A DNA stretch of 64,000 nt from Dendrobates tinctorius (lineage: Eukaryota). Position numbers and translations under genes: made by a program. Under the pieces are notes generated by a model. The model saw nothing but the letters and a program-made list of their open reading frames with translations, did no database searches and was not told the DNA's origin. Shown piece by piece: positions 62,682 to 64,000 of this stretch; the stretch's first letter is position 1; every line of letters starts with the position of its first letter. The DNA lies in NCBI RefSeq assembly GCF_039654945.1, contig NW_027361850.1, positions 6,448,001-6,512,000 of the forward strand, given 5' to 3'.

Positions 62682-64000
62682 TGTCATGATCCATGCTGGA
62701 TCATGACAGATAAAATGCACTAGTAACCTTTTTTTTTTCCTTAAGCTGGTGGTTTCAGTTCTAGTTTTGCCCCCGGTGGCCGTTAGGGTCATTGCACTTG
62801 ATGTTTTCTTTGCTTTACCTTTTGCCCCCGGTGGTCACTGGGATTATAGCTGCCTTTGGCCCCTGATCATTTGACCATTCCCTTTTCCTATATAGGGTCA
62901 CATGGTCTATGAGCAGGTGATGGTGATAGCGTCTTTTTGGGATTCCAACCACGGTGAAGGGAGCAGCTGGCTGAGGTGGGAAGCCACTGCAGAAACCTGG
63001 TGAAGTTAGCAGCTGACTTGAAGGTTGGAGTCACTGCTGAAACTGGTGTTGAACTCTGGCTGCCCAGTGTCCGCAGCAGAGTGAGATGGTGAAGGTGGCA
63101 GCTGGCTCTGAGGTGTCGAGCAACTGCGAAAAGTTAATCTGGTGATGCACTCTGCTGCCTGGTGCTGCAGCAGAGCAAGATAAGTCTTTTTGGTGTTTCC
63201 CCTGTTTGTATTTTTCCCTGGTGTGTATTAGTACAGCAGTGGGGCCAGTGCCTGCACCACCCAGCTCCCTAGCAAGGGATAGGTGTAGGGTGTGCTAGGG
63301 TGACAGGTATCCTGATTGGCGCCCGATGCGGAACCGGCATAGGGAACGTTAGGAGTGTGAGGGACAATGACTCAGGGGAGTGCAGGAGGTCTCCACCAGC
63401 AATATCGCTGTGTGTGACATGGATCAGCAACCGACCCCCCTGCTGGGTATCGCTGATCGCGCTCGAACGTCCTGAGCCATTTTTTGATCGTTGTTCTCCC
63501 GCTGGCCAGCACGCATCGCTGCGTGTGGCAGCGAGAGACCAGCGATCAGCGACGCTGGAGGCTGGTTTCCAATGTAAACAATGGGTCTCTAAGACCCACG
63601 CGGCTCTTGGTTACCCGCTGTTTACCTTGGAAACCAGCGTGCACAGCGTGGTCCTGATCGCTGGAGGGGCTGTCTATGTGACAGCTCACCAGCGATTAGC
63701 CTAACTATGTCCCAACGATCCCATCCATGTCGGATCATTGGTGGGATCGCTGGGACATCATTATGTGTGACGGGGCCTTAAGGCTTTTCTAAATAAAAGA
63801 TAATTTTTTCTACACCCTATCGACTTGCGATCCCTATTTGGTAAGTTAAAGAGGTTGTACGGGAGGTTTTTTTTTTTATAGATGGTCTATCCTTAGCATA
63901 GGTCATCAATATCTGACCAATAGGGGTGCAACCCGGCACCCTCGTATGTTCCCGTTGCTGGTGGCAATCAGATTTGTTCAGTTGCGGAGCTGTACTACAC

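Noticed and set aside
60132-64000. MTMR9-like exons 1-2
   Set aside because: No segment with the expected PH-GRAM-like translation and splice sites found by eye; the region is mostly repeats.

Overview
Vertebrate genomic DNA, most likely a neobatrachian frog judging from the repeat landscape (inference). Most of the window is transposon-derived. There are three host genes, in the same order as human TMEM234-EIF3I-MTMR9LP. (1) The first coding exon of TMEM234 (minus strand, 4688-4855) lies head-to-head with EIF3I across a ~200-bp CpG-rich bidirectional promoter. (2) EIF3I (plus strand) is complete: 11 exons, 5064-36496, 978 nt = 325 aa + stop, with a U12-type intron 3. (3) A myotubularin-related protein 9-like gene (minus strand, exons 3-10, 60131-38314) has an open frame, a catalytically dead PTP motif, one GC-AG intron and a short C-terminus that appears to lack the MTMR9 coiled coil. 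The introns hold a full-length L1 with a TSD, an older degraded L1, a DIRS1 tyrosine-recombinase retroelement with intact ITR/ICR but a deleted RT, a second DIRS fragment, CR1s, nested Tc1 elements, hAT/Harbinger/Kolobok/piggyBac-type non-autonomous elements, solo LTRs and several minisatellites. No prokaryotic features or CRISPR arrays. I found no convincing wholly new system. The best leads are the intact MTMR9-like gene, a CCAAT-rich array next to the promoter, an inverted duplication bracketing EIF3I exons 6-7, and telomere-like tracts carried inside a transposon family. Comparisons with human proteins and exon sizes are from memory, not from a search.
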